A stretch of 64,000 nt of DNA. It comes from an uncultured Bacteroidota bacterium (GTDB taxonomy: Bacteria; Bacteroidota; Bacteroidia; Flavobacteriales; Flavobacteriaceae). The notes under the pieces were generated by a model, which was not told where the DNA came from, searched no databases, and worked only from the letters and a program-made list of their open reading frames with translations. A program made the translations under genes and the position numbers. Below, in pieces: positions 31,391 through 41,285 of this stretch. Every line of letters starts with the position of its first letter. The stretch's first letter is position 1. The stretch is from the NCBI GenBank assembly GCA_902619855.1, contig CACNGE010000004.1, positions 4,032-68,031 on the forward strand, given 5' to 3'.

Positions 31391-32493
31391 TACTTATTCT
31401 TTTTGGATGCTTTTTTTTGTTTTCGTTCTGCTTTTTTTCTTTCACGTTCACGATCACTATACTCTTTTATTTTTTTAGCATTCATTTTTCGATCGACACG
31501 ATTTTTTTTGCGTCGTTTTCTCAGTTCTTTTATCTCATGGGGGATACCATTGTCATTGTATCGATCAATGCGGTATGAAACCCCAATGCCTGCTGCGAAC
31601 ATACTTGGAGTGTTTTTGAGCGTTTGACTCAAAAATGCATCCACATGTATGTTTTCATTGAACAGATAAACAGCGCCAACAGTTAATAATACATCAATCG
31701 ATAACTCGCTATCAAGACTGACTTGCTCTATAAAACCCATCAATCTTTTCTTGATGGGAATCATCAAACTGCTCGACATATAATTTTGTTCATATGGGCA
31801 TCCCAAATATCTTCTTCCCCAATTTGTTACAAACACAAAATTATTCAAAAAATGGTTTTGTGTAATCAACATGACTTCTCCTGAAATCTGATTTTGTTGC
31901 AGTGCGGGGGATAGCAGATTAAAAACAGATGAAAAAGGTTCTCCATAGGGGTAGATGTTGTCTAGGCTTAATTCAGATCCCAAATAAAGCGATACTGCTG
32001 GAATCAAATCAACAGCTCGAATACCTCTATTTGCTTTGTAGCTTTTCGTGTCTGGCTTATACCATTCAGCGTTTCGAAATGGATCAAACAGCAGGAGTTT
32101 AAACCCAAGGGTATTCTTTTTTGTACCAGCTCTGTTGTAGCTCAACCTTCCTGAGGGGTTATTAAAAGACAGTTGGTCGTTGTGATAATCAACGCGATAA
32201 ATCAGTTCAAGGTTTTGCAAAATCAAACCTGTTCTGAGATCGAGGGTGAATCCTGCGCCTGTGCTTTTTGCATCTGCCAGTGAAGCAAATCGATCCTGAC
32301 GATAAGAGGCACCAAACTCGAGCTGATAAACACCTGGTCCAACAGAAAAGGCTCCCTGTGTAAACCCAGGTCGATTACTGTTGATAATGGGTGTGTATTG
32401 ACTGCTCACAAGTGAGGAAAAGAACAGTAAAAAAAGACATAATGTTGTACATGAAAGATTCATCAAATCAAATATAAAGAAATGCTTTAGCAC
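31390..32493 (-). CDS. Outer-membrane beta-barrel protein (MetA/phenol-degradation-pathway 'transporter' family-like) with a polybasic C-terminal tail
   Basis: 367 aa with a signal peptide. NRPGFTQGAFSVGPGVYQLEFG resembles the N-terminal signature of that OMP family. The last 45 aa are Lys/Arg-rich. Confidence 0.5.
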   Translation of the reverse strand: MLKHFFIFDLMNLSCTTLCLFLLFFSSLVSSQYTPIINSNRPGFTQGAFSVGPGVYQLEFGASYRQDRFASLADAKSTGAGFTLDLRTGLILQNLELIYRVDYHNDQLSFNNPSGRLSYNRAGTKKNTLGFKLLLFDPFRNAEWYKPDTKSYKANRGIRAVDLIPAVSLYLGSELSLDNIYPYGEPFSSVFNLLSPALQQNQISGEVMLITQNHFLNNFVFVTNWGRRYLGCPYEQNYMSSSLMIPIKKRLMGFIEQVSLDSELSIDVLLTVGAVYLFNENIHVDAFLSQTLKNTPSMFAAGIGVSYRIDRYNDNGIPHEIKELRKRRKKNRVDRKMNAKKIKEYSDRERERKKAERKQKKASKKNK

Positions 32494-32538
32494 AAGTAAC
32501 GCTTAGAATTGTATTTTTGACATTAAAGTCCTTGATTA

Positions 32539-34926
32539 ATGATAAAAAACAGCATTCCTCATTTCCTTTCAGTCATATTTTTAGCCTTGCTATCCTTGGC
32601 TTTTTTCTATCCTTTGCTCAGTGGTAAAGTCATCGTACAGTCTGATATTCAGCAATTTCAAGGGATGCAACGACAAGTGTTGGAGCATCGTGCCAACTAT
32701 GACGAAGAGCCATACTGGGCTGACAATGTATTTGGTGGAATGCCGACCTATCAAATCACCTCTATCTATCCTTATGATTTTATAGGAACACTAGACAAGT
32801 TGATTCGTTTTTTACCTCGACCCGCTGATTATCTTTTCGTGTATATGCTCAGTTTTTATCTGTTGCTATTGTATTTCACACCCAAATTTCAAATCGCAAT
32901 TGCAGGGGCTATTGCTTTTGGGTTTTCGACTTATTTGCTGATTATTTTAGGGGTAGGGCACAACACTAAAGCACTTGCCATTGGTTATATGCCTTTGGTT
33001 GTTTTGGGGGTGGCGCATGTGTTTTCCACCAAACGATACCTTGGTTTTTCCATACTCACACTTGCGATGGCCTTGCAAATCCATGCCAATCATTATCAAA
33101 TGACCTATTACCTCATAATACTTGTGGGTTTAATGTCACTTGGATTTACGATCGAACTTTTACAAAAGCGAAAATATCAATTCCTGATCAAATCATTATT
33201 GGCGATGATTTTTGCATCATTATTGGCTCTTAGTTTTAACGCCACGCAACTGCTTGCAACGAGTGAATATGCAAAAGAAAGCACAAGGGGGAACTCACCA
33301 TTAAAAGAAAATGCGTTGGGTAAGAATACGTCATCTAGTGATGGTTTGTCTTTTGATTATATCACTGAATACAGCTATGGTTTTGTTGAAACGCTAAACC
33401 TCATTATCCCACGCTTAACTGGTGGCGGAAGTGGTGATCGCCCTGACCCTTCGGGTGAACTAGCGCAATTTTTACAAACTGTTGATGCTGAAACAGCACA
33501 TTATGTATTTTCATATGCACGCACATATTGGGGTGACCAGCCCATCGTTGAAGCACCTGCATATATTGGCATCACAGTATTTTTCCTTTCGCTGATTGGC
33601 TTCTTTTTGATGCACAAGCGTTGGCGATTCATTCTACTATCCTCAATAGTTGTTTCACTATTGATTTCATGGGGGAAGCACCTTCCTCAACTCACTCAAT
33701 TTTTGATTGACTATGTACCTTACTATAACAAGTTCAGGGCAGTGAGCTCTGCACAAGTGATCTTAGAGCTTTGTTTTCCAATCGCTGCTATTATGGGTAT
33801 GATTGGCTTGATGAATGCCTCCAATTCATCTCGTTCAAAAGCCCTCAATCGCAGTCTTTTTATTGTGATGGGCCTCTTGGGATCGGTTTGGATTGCTGCC
33901 GTTTCTGTATTTGATTATCAATCTGATTTTGAGATTTTTTCTGCTTATCCAGAAATTTTAAACCCCTTGGTGGAGGATCGAAAAACTATGCTTCTCAATG
34001 ATTTATTGCGATCAGTGGGCTTCATTGTTGTGATTTATGCTGTTTACCGTTTGGCATTCTTAGACAATAAAAAACAATTTGTCATTCCTATTGTCGCCTT
34101 AATAATATTGATCGACCTATGGTCATTTGGACGCAATTATGTCAACAGTGATGACTTTGCGAATAAATCTGTGATGCAGCGTCCATTTCAGGCTACTGCT
34201 GCCGACAAAGCGATACAAAAAGACACGACTCGGTATCGAGTATTTGAACCACGACTTGGCATGGCACATGCACGAACTGCTTATTTTCACAACACTATTG
34301 GAGGCTATCATGGTGCCAAACCCCATCGTATTCAAGCCTTGTATGACTACCACTTGAGCGAAAAGATTTCGCCCAATGTTGTCAATATGCTCAACATCAA
34401 ATATACCTTACAAACTGCTGAGGATGGAAGTCTGACTGCTGGTGTAAATCCCAGTGCTTTTGGCAATGCATGGCTCGTTGAGGAAATCATTTCTTGTTCA
34501 TCTGCCAACGATGAAATTCAGCGCCTTGCCAGTGAGGATCTACAACGTAAAGCACTTACAACAGAGAACATCTCTCAAAACCAGTTTGCATTAGACAGAC
34601 TTTCTCAAATTTCGTTGGTCATGAATAAAGCAAATGAGTTGAGATATCGTGCGACAGTCTCATCAACTGCATTTGCTGTTTTTTCAGAGATGTATTACCC
34701 ACATGGTTGGAAGTCGTTTATCAATGGAGAGGAAGTTTCCCATCATCGTGTAAACTATGCACTTCGAGGGCTACTTATTCCTGCTGGCACGCATGAGATT
34801 CTTTTTAGATTTGAGCCAGATGTGATTAATCGTGGTTCACGCATTCGATTGGCAGGATATGGTATTTTCAGCTTGATTGTCCTCGTATTTTTTATAACGT
34901 TGAAGAGATTCGGATTAAAACAATAA
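32539..34926 (+). CDS. YfhO-family polytopic membrane protein (putative glycosyl-transfer/glycan modification)
   Basis: 795 aa with more than 10 TM segments. The N-terminal region (YWADNVFGGMPTYQI) and a large C-terminal extracytoplasmic domain are typical of YfhO-like proteins. Confidence 0.55.
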   Translation: MIKNSIPHFLSVIFLALLSLAFFYPLLSGKVIVQSDIQQFQGMQRQVLEHRANYDEEPYWADNVFGGMPTYQITSIYPYDFIGTLDKLIRFLPRPADYLFVYMLSFYLLLLYFTPKFQIAIAGAIAFGFSTYLLIILGVGHNTKALAIGYMPLVVLGVAHVFSTKRYLGFSILTLAMALQIHANHYQMTYYLIILVGLMSLGFTIELLQKRKYQFLIKSLLAMIFASLLALSFNATQLLATSEYAKESTRGNSPLKENALGKNTSSSDGLSFDYITEYSYGFVETLNLIIPRLTGGGSGDRPDPSGELAQFLQTVDAETAHYVFSYARTYWGDQPIVEAPAYIGITVFFLSLIGFFLMHKRWRFILLSSIVVSLLISWGKHLPQLTQFLIDYVPYYNKFRAVSSAQVILELCFPIAAIMGMIGLMNASNSSRSKALNRSLFIVMGLLGSVWIAAVSVFDYQSDFEIFSAYPEILNPLVEDRKTMLLNDLLRSVGFIVVIYAVYRLAFLDNKKQFVIPIVALIILIDLWSFGRNYVNSDDFANKSVMQRPFQATAADKAIQKDTTRYRVFEPRLGMAHARTAYFHNTIGGYHGAKPHRIQALYDYHLSEKISPNVVNMLNIKYTLQTAEDGSLTAGVNPSAFGNAWLVEEIISCSSANDEIQRLASEDLQRKALTTENISQNQFALDRLSQISLVMNKANELRYRATVSSTAFAVFSEMYYPHGWKSFINGEEVSHHRVNYALRGLLIPAGTHEILFRFEPDVINRGSRIRLAGYGIFSLIVLVFFITLKRFGLKQ

Positions 34927-34930
34927 TACT

Positions 34931-36178
34931 TTGGGGTCTTCTCAAACAAAACATATCATCCTCATAAGTTACTACTGGCCACCAGCTGGTGGATCGGGGG
35001 TGCAGCGTTGGTGGTTTTTTACCAACGAACTTGCAAAAAAGGGTTGGACAATTGATGTGATTACTGTTCAGCACCCAGCCGGAACTCCTATGGATTCATT
35101 TTTTATTGGTCAAGTACACCCCAACATCAACGTATATCCCCTTTCGATTTGGGAACCTGGAAAGCGTTTGTACAGCACGACAAAATCCAAAACTTCAAAG
35201 GGATTGTTTTCTAATTTTGTTCGATGGATTCGTGCCAATTTTTTCTTCCCAGATGCACGACAGTTTTTTATTAAGCCAGCAACTCGTTTGGTTAAAAAGC
35301 GTTTGGCGGCGCAACCCGCCCAGTGGTTGATTACGACAGGACCACCTCATAGTATGCACATGGTTGGTCGTGCAATTCGAAAATCACACGATGTACAGTG
35401 GTTGGCTGATTTTCGTGATCCTTGGACACAATTTTATGTCAATCATGAGTTGCCGATGGTGTCATTTGTTCGAAAAAAGCACAAGCGCATTGAACAGCAA
35501 GTGATCTCTACGGCTGATCATGTGTTGACTACAACACCAAGCCTGGCAACGCTCTATTCCGCGATAAATCCCTCAGTGAGTTGCATTTACAATGGCTATG
35601 AAAGGATATTTGAGGGTACACTGTCTGAGGAGTTTTCCATCACCTATACAGGTGTTTTAAAACCCAATCAGCATATCGAAACACTTTGGCCTGTCTTCGA
35701 TCAACTTTCCTCTTGCGATCAAGCGTTTACCAATCATGCGCATTTGCATTTGTATGGCGTTTATGAAAACAAGCCAATTCCCCCGGAAATGGAGAATCAA
35801 GTCACTGTTCATGGCTACCATGCAAAAGAGGTAATCGACAATATACTTCCACAGTCTCATCTGCTGTTGTTGTTGGGTAATGATCACCCCCAAAGTCAGT
35901 TTGTGATTCATGGAAAGTTGTATGCTTACATGGCTGCTCGACGACCTATTTTGGCGATTGTCAACAAACATGGCGATATGTCCAAAATCATTGAAGACTT
36001 TCAGTTAGGAGCTGCTTTTTTATACACAGAAATCGACCAAATAACTGCTTGGATTGCAACTGTATTTGAAGGTTATAAATCAAAAACGAATACACCCCTC
36101 CAAAAACCCGATCATCGTTTTTCGCGAAAAAAACAAGCTGAAGAACTACATTTGTACCTCAATAAATCCAACAACTGA
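34931..36178 (+). CDS. Glycosyltransferase (GT4-like)
   Basis: 415 aa with a TTG start and N-terminus ILISYYWPPAGGSGVQRW, typical of GT-B glycosyltransferases. Confidence 0.6.
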   Translation: MGSSQTKHIILISYYWPPAGGSGVQRWWFFTNELAKKGWTIDVITVQHPAGTPMDSFFIGQVHPNINVYPLSIWEPGKRLYSTTKSKTSKGLFSNFVRWIRANFFFPDARQFFIKPATRLVKKRLAAQPAQWLITTGPPHSMHMVGRAIRKSHDVQWLADFRDPWTQFYVNHELPMVSFVRKKHKRIEQQVISTADHVLTTTPSLATLYSAINPSVSCIYNGYERIFEGTLSEEFSITYTGVLKPNQHIETLWPVFDQLSSCDQAFTNHAHLHLYGVYENKPIPPEMENQVTVHGYHAKEVIDNILPQSHLLLLLGNDHPQSQFVIHGKLYAYMAARRPILAIVNKHGDMSKIIEDFQLGAAFLYTEIDQITAWIATVFEGYKSKTNTPLQKPDHRFSRKKQAEELHLYLNKSNN

Positions 36179-37632
36179 TGGGAATCGTTGCCAAACAAAC
36201 CTCTCAAAATATACTCACAATTGGCATTGCCTTTATGTTTGGGGGCATCAATACACTGGTGTTTTACCCTGCTTTTCTTTCTGCTGAGGCTTATGGACTC
36301 GTTGTCTTTTTATTGGCAACATCCAATTTGCTCATGCCATTGATTGGCTTTGGGATTCATCAGACCATCATTCGATATTACAGCTCATTTCAGGACAAGG
36401 AGATGCAGCAGCGCTTTATGTACTCAGTCATTTGCTTGCCATTGTTGATTGCCTTGCTCATGGGGTCTATTTGTATTGCTTTTTATCACTCGATTGTCAA
36501 CAGCCTTTCCATACAAAATCCCATCATTGCAGATTATACTTGGGTCATCTTTGTCGTGGCAGTTGCCACTGCTTATTTTGAAGTGTTTTACGCTTGGGCT
36601 CGTGTTCAATTGCAATCTGTTCTTGGCAATGTCCTGAAAGAGATTTACCCTCGACTTTTCCTCTTCATTCTTTTGATCGCCTTCTACTTTTTCGAGTTGT
36701 CATTTGATCAATTCATCATCACCTTAGTCATTGGTTATTTTATTCGTTTGTTGTTGATGATTCTCTTGGCAAACCATTACTATCCAGTTCGTATTCGTTT
36801 GCATTTTCCATCAAATATTCTTTCTATATTAATCTATTCAGCCACTATATTACTGGCTGCATTTGCAGGGAGTTTAATTATCGACATCGATAAGTTTATG
36901 ATCCCGCAGTTGCAAGAGATACAGCAAACAGCATTTTACGCCATTGCAATTTTCGCTGCTACGCTAGTCGAAGTACCAGCACGTGCGATGCAGCAAATTT
37001 TAAATCCCTTGGTAGCAACAGCAATGAATGAAAACAATGCAAAAGAAGTTAACAATCTTTACAAAAAAAGCGCCCTTAACTTGGTTGTGGTTTCGGGTTG
37101 GTTTTTCTTATTGGTTAATCTCAATAGCGAAGCTTTGTTCTCCTTATTGCCTGATGTTGGCTATCAAACAGCCACGACTGTAGTGTTATATATTTCCTCA
37201 GCAAAACTACTAACAATGATTTTTGGTTGTGGAAGTGCGATTATTGCAAACAGTTCATTTTATCAGATTACACTTGTGTTTTCAATCTTCATGGCATTGG
37301 GTGTTACACTGCTCAACGTCATGTGGATCCCTCTTTATGGAATTGATGGTGCCGCACTTGCAACATTGGCTATGATTAGTGTTTCTCTCCTTGTAAAGGT
37401 GGCTTATTTATATTATAAAATCAATGCACATCCACTATCGTGGAATATGTGTAAAACCCTGATTGTTGTTGGGATATTGTTTGTTATTTTTGAGTCGTTT
37501 GACTTCACAGTATCGCCTGTCCTTCAAATCGTTTTGACATCAGCATTGGTATCAGTTGTTTACTTTGTGATTGCGGTCCAATTGAAGTTGTCTAACGACT
37601 TACTTCGCTTGCTACTTCGAGTGATCAAATAA
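36178..37632 (+). CDS. Oligosaccharide flippase family protein (Wzx/MOP superfamily)
   Basis: 484 aa with ~12-14 TM helices. The start overlaps the glycosyltransferase stop (ATGA-type coupling). Confidence 0.55.
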   Translation: MGIVAKQTSQNILTIGIAFMFGGINTLVFYPAFLSAEAYGLVVFLLATSNLLMPLIGFGIHQTIIRYYSSFQDKEMQQRFMYSVICLPLLIALLMGSICIAFYHSIVNSLSIQNPIIADYTWVIFVVAVATAYFEVFYAWARVQLQSVLGNVLKEIYPRLFLFILLIAFYFFELSFDQFIITLVIGYFIRLLLMILLANHYYPVRIRLHFPSNILSILIYSATILLAAFAGSLIIDIDKFMIPQLQEIQQTAFYAIAIFAATLVEVPARAMQQILNPLVATAMNENNAKEVNNLYKKSALNLVVVSGWFFLLVNLNSEALFSLLPDVGYQTATTVVLYISSAKLLTMIFGCGSAIIANSSFYQITLVFSIFMALGVTLLNVMWIPLYGIDGAALATLAMISVSLLVKVAYLYYKINAHPLSWNMCKTLIVVGILFVIFESFDFTVSPVLQIVLTSALVSVVYFVIAVQLKLSNDLLRLLLRVIK

Positions 37633-40399
37633 CTGTTGGTAGAGACTTGATTTTTGATTCGTATTGATTTCTGAAGGACTTCCTGAAGCCAATAGTTCCC
37701 CACCCAATTGCCCACCATTTGGTCCCAAATCGATGATGTGATCAACGTGTTCGATCAGACTAGTGTTGTGTTCAATAACGATAATGCTATGCCCTTGATC
37801 GATGAGTTGACGAAAGGATTTCAACAACTTTCCGATATCGTGGAAATGAAGTCCAGTGGTTGGTTCGTCGAAAAGAAACAAAGTGCAATCCTTATGCCTT
37901 CCCTTGGTCAGATAACTCGCCAGCTTGATTCGTTGGGCTTCGCCTCCTGAAAGGGTAGATGATGATTGTCCTAGGGCAACATACCCCATCCCAACATTGG
38001 CGAGTGATTGGATTTTTTTTACAATTTTGGTTTCGTTGTGTTTTTTGAAGAAAGCGAGAGCTTCGTCAACACTCATCGACAGTATATCAAAGATGTTTTT
38101 TTCTGCAAAGCGAACCTCAAGAACCTCTCGTTTAAAGCGTTTGCCTTCACAAGTTTCGCATTTCAATTTAACATCAGACATAAACTGCATTTCGATTGTC
38201 ACTTCACCTTCTCCCTTGCAGCTTTCACATCGACCAGCATCGACATTAAACGAAAAATGCTTGGCTGAATAGCCTGCCAATTTTGAGGCTTGTTGGGCGG
38301 CAAAAAGTTTTCGAATATCATCATAGGCTTTGATATAGGTGATGGGGTTGGAGCGCGACGAGGTACCGATTGGGTTTTGACTGATGTACTCAATAGCAGT
38401 GATATCATTTAGATCACCACAAATACCACTGTGTTGACCTGGTTTTTTCAGTAAAGATTTTCTTTTCTCTCAGCAGTGCAGGCCATAGAATTCCTTTAAT
38501 CAGAGTGCTTTTCCCACTTCCCGAAACCCCTGTTACAGCAGTGATGCATTGCAGCGGAAATCGCACGTCGATGTTTTTTAGATTGTTTTCACGTGCGCCC
38601 ATCAGCTTGATGTATTTTGATGGTTTGACAGGCTTTGTTTTTTGGGCGACCATCTCATTTCCGTTGAGATAGGATGCAGTGAGGCCATTGGATTGTAGAA
38701 TATCTTCTAGGGCACCTTGCACAACAATTTCGCCTCCAAAAAGACCTGCCTCAGGCCCCAGGTCAACAATTTCATCTGCTGCACGAATAATATCTTCATC
38801 ATGCTCAACAACAATCACAGTATTACCTAGGTCACGTAGTTTTTCCAAAATGCGAATCAATCGTTTTGTGTCTTTGGGATGTAGACCAATGCTTGGTTCG
38901 TCGAGGATATACATCGACCCAACCAAACTGCTACCCAGTGAGGTTGCCAAATTGATTCGTTGTGACTCCCCTCCAGACAAACTGTTTGACTTTCGATTGA
39001 GTGTGAGGTATGACAAGCCAACTTCACAGAGAAAATCCAAGCGGCTAATGATTTCTGTGACCAATCGTTCAGCGATCTGTTGCTCTTGCTTGTTGAGCTT
39101 GAGCTGTTGCATAAAGTTCAACAATTCATGTGCTGGCATATCAACCAAATCCCCAATTGATTTTTCATTGATTTTGACATATTGTGTGTCTTTCCGAAGT
39201 CGTTTACCCCCACAAGTGGTACAGCTTGTGCGACCTCTATATCGCGACAGCATCACACGATTTTGAATCTTGTAGCTTTTCTTTTCGAGTCGCTGAAAAA
39301 ACGCATCAATTCCTTTAAAGTGCTTGTTCCCTTGCCACAACACTTTTTTGTGTTCTTCTGTGAGTTCAAAATAGGGTTTATGGATTGGAAAATTAAACAA
39401 AAGAGAAGTTTCGATCAGTTTCTTTTTGTAGCGACTGGCACTCGACGAGCGCCAAGGCGCAACTGCATCTTCATAAATAGACAGTGCTGTATTAGGGATC
39501 ACCAAATCGTGATCAATCCCAATCAAATCGCCATAGCCTTCACAGTCTGGGCATGCACCTAAGGGGTTATTGAAGCTAAACAAATGGGGTGTTGGCTCGA
39601 TAAACGTCATACCATCTCTTGCAAATTGATTTGAAAAATCTTTAGAAAGGTCATCATCTGGAAAAAAGAGTTGAAGGTTTCCTTTGCCTTCAAAAAAAGC
39701 AGTCTCCAACGAATCTGCTAAGCGACTCAATGCATTTTCATCTGTTTTCAAAATCACTCGATCAACAACGAGGTAGCAGGAAGCGGGTGGATTGTCTTTC
39801 ACTTCATTGATGCGAACAACCTCCTCATCGACTAGAATTCTTGCATAGCCTTGTTTTTCAAATAGATTTAGAACCTGTTTCATCGACCGATTTTCATCGA
39901 TTGTAACAGGGGATAAAACAATCATTTTTGTTTCTTCCTTATGTGTTTTGATATAATCTAGGATATCGCTCACACTGTCCTTAGAAACAACTTCATTGGA
40001 AATTGGGGAGTAGGTTTTGCCAATGCGTGCATAGAACAGCTTTAGGTAATCATAGATTTCAGTGGTGGTGCCAACAGTTGACCTAGGATTTGTGCTATTG
40101 ACTTTTTGTTCGATTGCAATGGCAGGGGCAAGCCCCTCAATTTTATCCACTTTAGGTTTGTCGAGACGCCCCATAAACTGCCTAGCATAGGATGACAAAC
40201 TTTCCACATAGCGACGTTGCCCCTCAGCATATAGGGTGTCAAAAGCCAAACTCGACTTTCCAGAGCCTGAAAGTCCTGTAAACACCACCAGTTTACGACT
40301 GGGAATATCAATATTTATATCCTTCAGATTGTGCATTTTTGCACCACGAACCCGAATTATTTTCTCTTTTTTCAATTGCAATTTCGTTTCATTCGTCAA
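37612..40399 (-). pseudogene. uvrA: Excinuclease ABC subunit A (UvrA) interrupted by a single +1-nt frameshift
   Basis: ORF 38414-40399 encodes UvrA residues 1-~647 (GLSGSGKSSLAFDTLYAEGQRRYVESLSSYARQF ... GVSGSGKSTLIKGILWPALLRE) and then leaves the frame. By hand translation, a second frame is open from 38469 down to 37612. It reads KSLLKKPGQHSGICGDLNDITAIEYISQNPIGTSSRSNPITYIKAYDDIRKLFAAQQASKLAGYSAKHFSFNVDAGRCESCKGEGEV..., the contiguous UvrA sequence. Removing one A from the run GAGAGAAAAGAAAATC (coding strand, 38471-38456) restores a ~928-aa ORF. Confidence 0.85.
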
Positions 40400-40474
40400 C
40401 TGATTCGAATAATCGATAAAAATACTTATTAATTATTCATTATCGATATAATTTTTGTTATTTGAATAAATTGA

Positions 40475-40482
40475 TATATTTG
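40475..40482 (+). promoter_or_regulatory. Candidate Bacteroidota -7 promoter box (TAnnTTTG) upstream of the ECF sigma gene
   Basis: TATATTTG at 40475-40482 with a TTG at 40455-40457, 73 nt upstream of ATG 40555, in an AT-rich divergent intergenic region. Confidence 0.3.
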
Positions 40483-40554
40483 TGGAAATATTTCAGCCTA
40501 TACCACATATTTACGTTTTTAATTTTATTATAATCCTCTAAAACGTTATATGTT

Positions 40555-41133
40555 ATGTCCCTTTCAGATTCAACCCTAATTAACCAGTTTACATCTGGAA
40601 ATTGCCAATCCTTTTCAATTTTAGTCGATCGTTATCAAAAACGAGTGTATGGATTTATTTTTTCAAAAGTCAAAGATGCTGAACTGGCTAACGATGTGTT
40701 TCAAGATACTTTTATAAAAGTGATTAAAAACCTTCGCCTTGGAAAATACAAAGACGAAGGTCGCTTTTTATCATGGGTGATGCGTATTGCGCACAACATC
40801 ATCATGGATCATTTTCGTAAAATTAATCGACTTCCCAAGCACGAGTCAAAACACGAAGATTTAGATGTTTTGGATCGATTGATCGAACAAAGCAACAGCA
40901 TTGAGGATCTGATTATTGAAACACAAATTCACGCTGACTTATCTATTTTGATTGATGAATTACCCCAAACCCAAAAAGAGGTGTTGCGTATGCGACTGTT
41001 TCAGGAAATGAGTTTTAAAGACATTGGAGAACAAACAGGTGTGAGTATCAACACTGCCTTGGGCAGAATGCGTTATGCCATTCTCAACTTGCGAAAATTG
41101 ATTGAAGAACGAAATTTGATCTTCACACAATAA
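40555..41133 (+). CDS. RNA polymerase sigma-70 family (ECF-type) sigma factor
   Basis: 192 aa with region 2 (RVYGFIFSKVKDAELANDVFQDTFIKV) and region 4 HTH (QKEVLRMRLFQEMSFKDIGEQTGVSINTALGRMRYA). Confidence 0.85.
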   Translation: MSLSDSTLINQFTSGNCQSFSILVDRYQKRVYGFIFSKVKDAELANDVFQDTFIKVIKNLRLGKYKDEGRFLSWVMRIAHNIIMDHFRKINRLPKHESKHEDLDVLDRLIEQSNSIEDLIIETQIHADLSILIDELPQTQKEVLRMRLFQEMSFKDIGEQTGVSINTALGRMRYAILNLRKLIEERNLIFTQ

Positions 41134-41285
41134 TTTAGCAATAGCAGTCGTTTTCCTGACAAATATTTATATGGAGAAAATCTACACTGCACCCTATATT
41201 TTCGATAACCAACCCAAAAAAGAAACGATTGCTTTTGTCAAGGCTTTTGCTGCTTCTTTTTGTGTTGATGAAACCGATGAGGGAA

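Noticed and set aside
38679-39266. 195-aa ORF on the + strand, plus 37708-38272 and 39182-39562, inside the uvrA region.
   Set aside because: They lie antisense to a well-supported UvrA coding frame. Their composition is Ser/Arg/Cys/Pro-rich, typical of shadow ORFs, and no motif is present.
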